From Octopus vulgaris (lineage: Eukaryota), in contig OX597824.1 in NCBI GenBank assembly GCA_951406725.2, positions 4,526,001 through 4,590,000 of the forward strand: 64,000 nt of DNA, in the 5' to 3' direction. The notes beneath the pieces are model-generated. The model saw nothing but the letters and a program-made list of their open reading frames with translations. It was not told where the DNA came from and did not search any database. Of this stretch, positions 63,600-64,000 are shown piece by piece. Position numbers and translations under genes: made by a program. The first letter of the stretch is position 1. Every line of letters begins with the position of its first letter.

Positions 63600-64000
63600 T
63601 CTCTTATTGTTGCCATTAGAATTACTCTCTCTTTGATAATGTGAAGTCTCTAGCAGCTGACATTCCAGATATGCCACCCTAGGCCTAGCTGTCCCATGCC
63701 CAAGGGTGAGGTATTTAATCCCTAACACCAGAATAGATTACAACTCCTGTCCATGCTGATCATCCAGCCTCACTTGTAACCCAACACCTTCAAACTTGAT
63801 TACTGCCATGTAAAGGTTGTTGCCACTAATGGGCTTACATGTCCCCTGAATGACAACAGAGCTAGTGACCCATACTAACATCCCACTCTACAATAAATGG
63901 TACCCATTACAAGGAACTGATGTTGATGAATACATTTTAGTACTGCTTGCTACTGAAGTAGCAATAGCATCCGGCCAACATCTTGTCCAAGTACACGGCC
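63600..64000 (-). mobile_element. Possible decayed LINE APE-endonuclease N-terminal fragment
   Basis: LDKM..DAIATS and NGYHLL*SG resemble the RTE endonuclease start. Confidence 0.3.

Overview
This is an AT-rich, repeat-dense eukaryotic window. Its tRNA-derived SINE families, RTE-LINE tails ending in (GAT)n and dense TA/CA/ATGT/GAT microsatellites point to a coleoid cephalopod, most likely Octopus (inference). No intact host protein-coding gene is supported: the longer ORFs are either microsatellite translations or decayed transposon fragments. Those fragments include RTE-like LINEs (one with a PHD-like Cys/His insert inside the RT), R4/Dong-type RLE LINEs, an I/Ingi-like LINE 3' end, a Tigger/pogo element, two mariner derivatives, Tc1 and piggyBac MITEs and many SINEs. 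The most interesting signal is a set of at least 7 short non-coding insertions from several unrelated families. Several are near-perfect palindromes with a one-sided tail, some have 8-12 bp target-site duplications, and most carry a minimal type-I hammerhead ribozyme fold, some with non-canonical cores (CCGAUGA, UUGANAA). This fits inverted pseudo-LTR remnants or non-autonomous derivatives of Penelope-like elements. All alignments and folds were done by eye, and boundaries of old elements are approximate.
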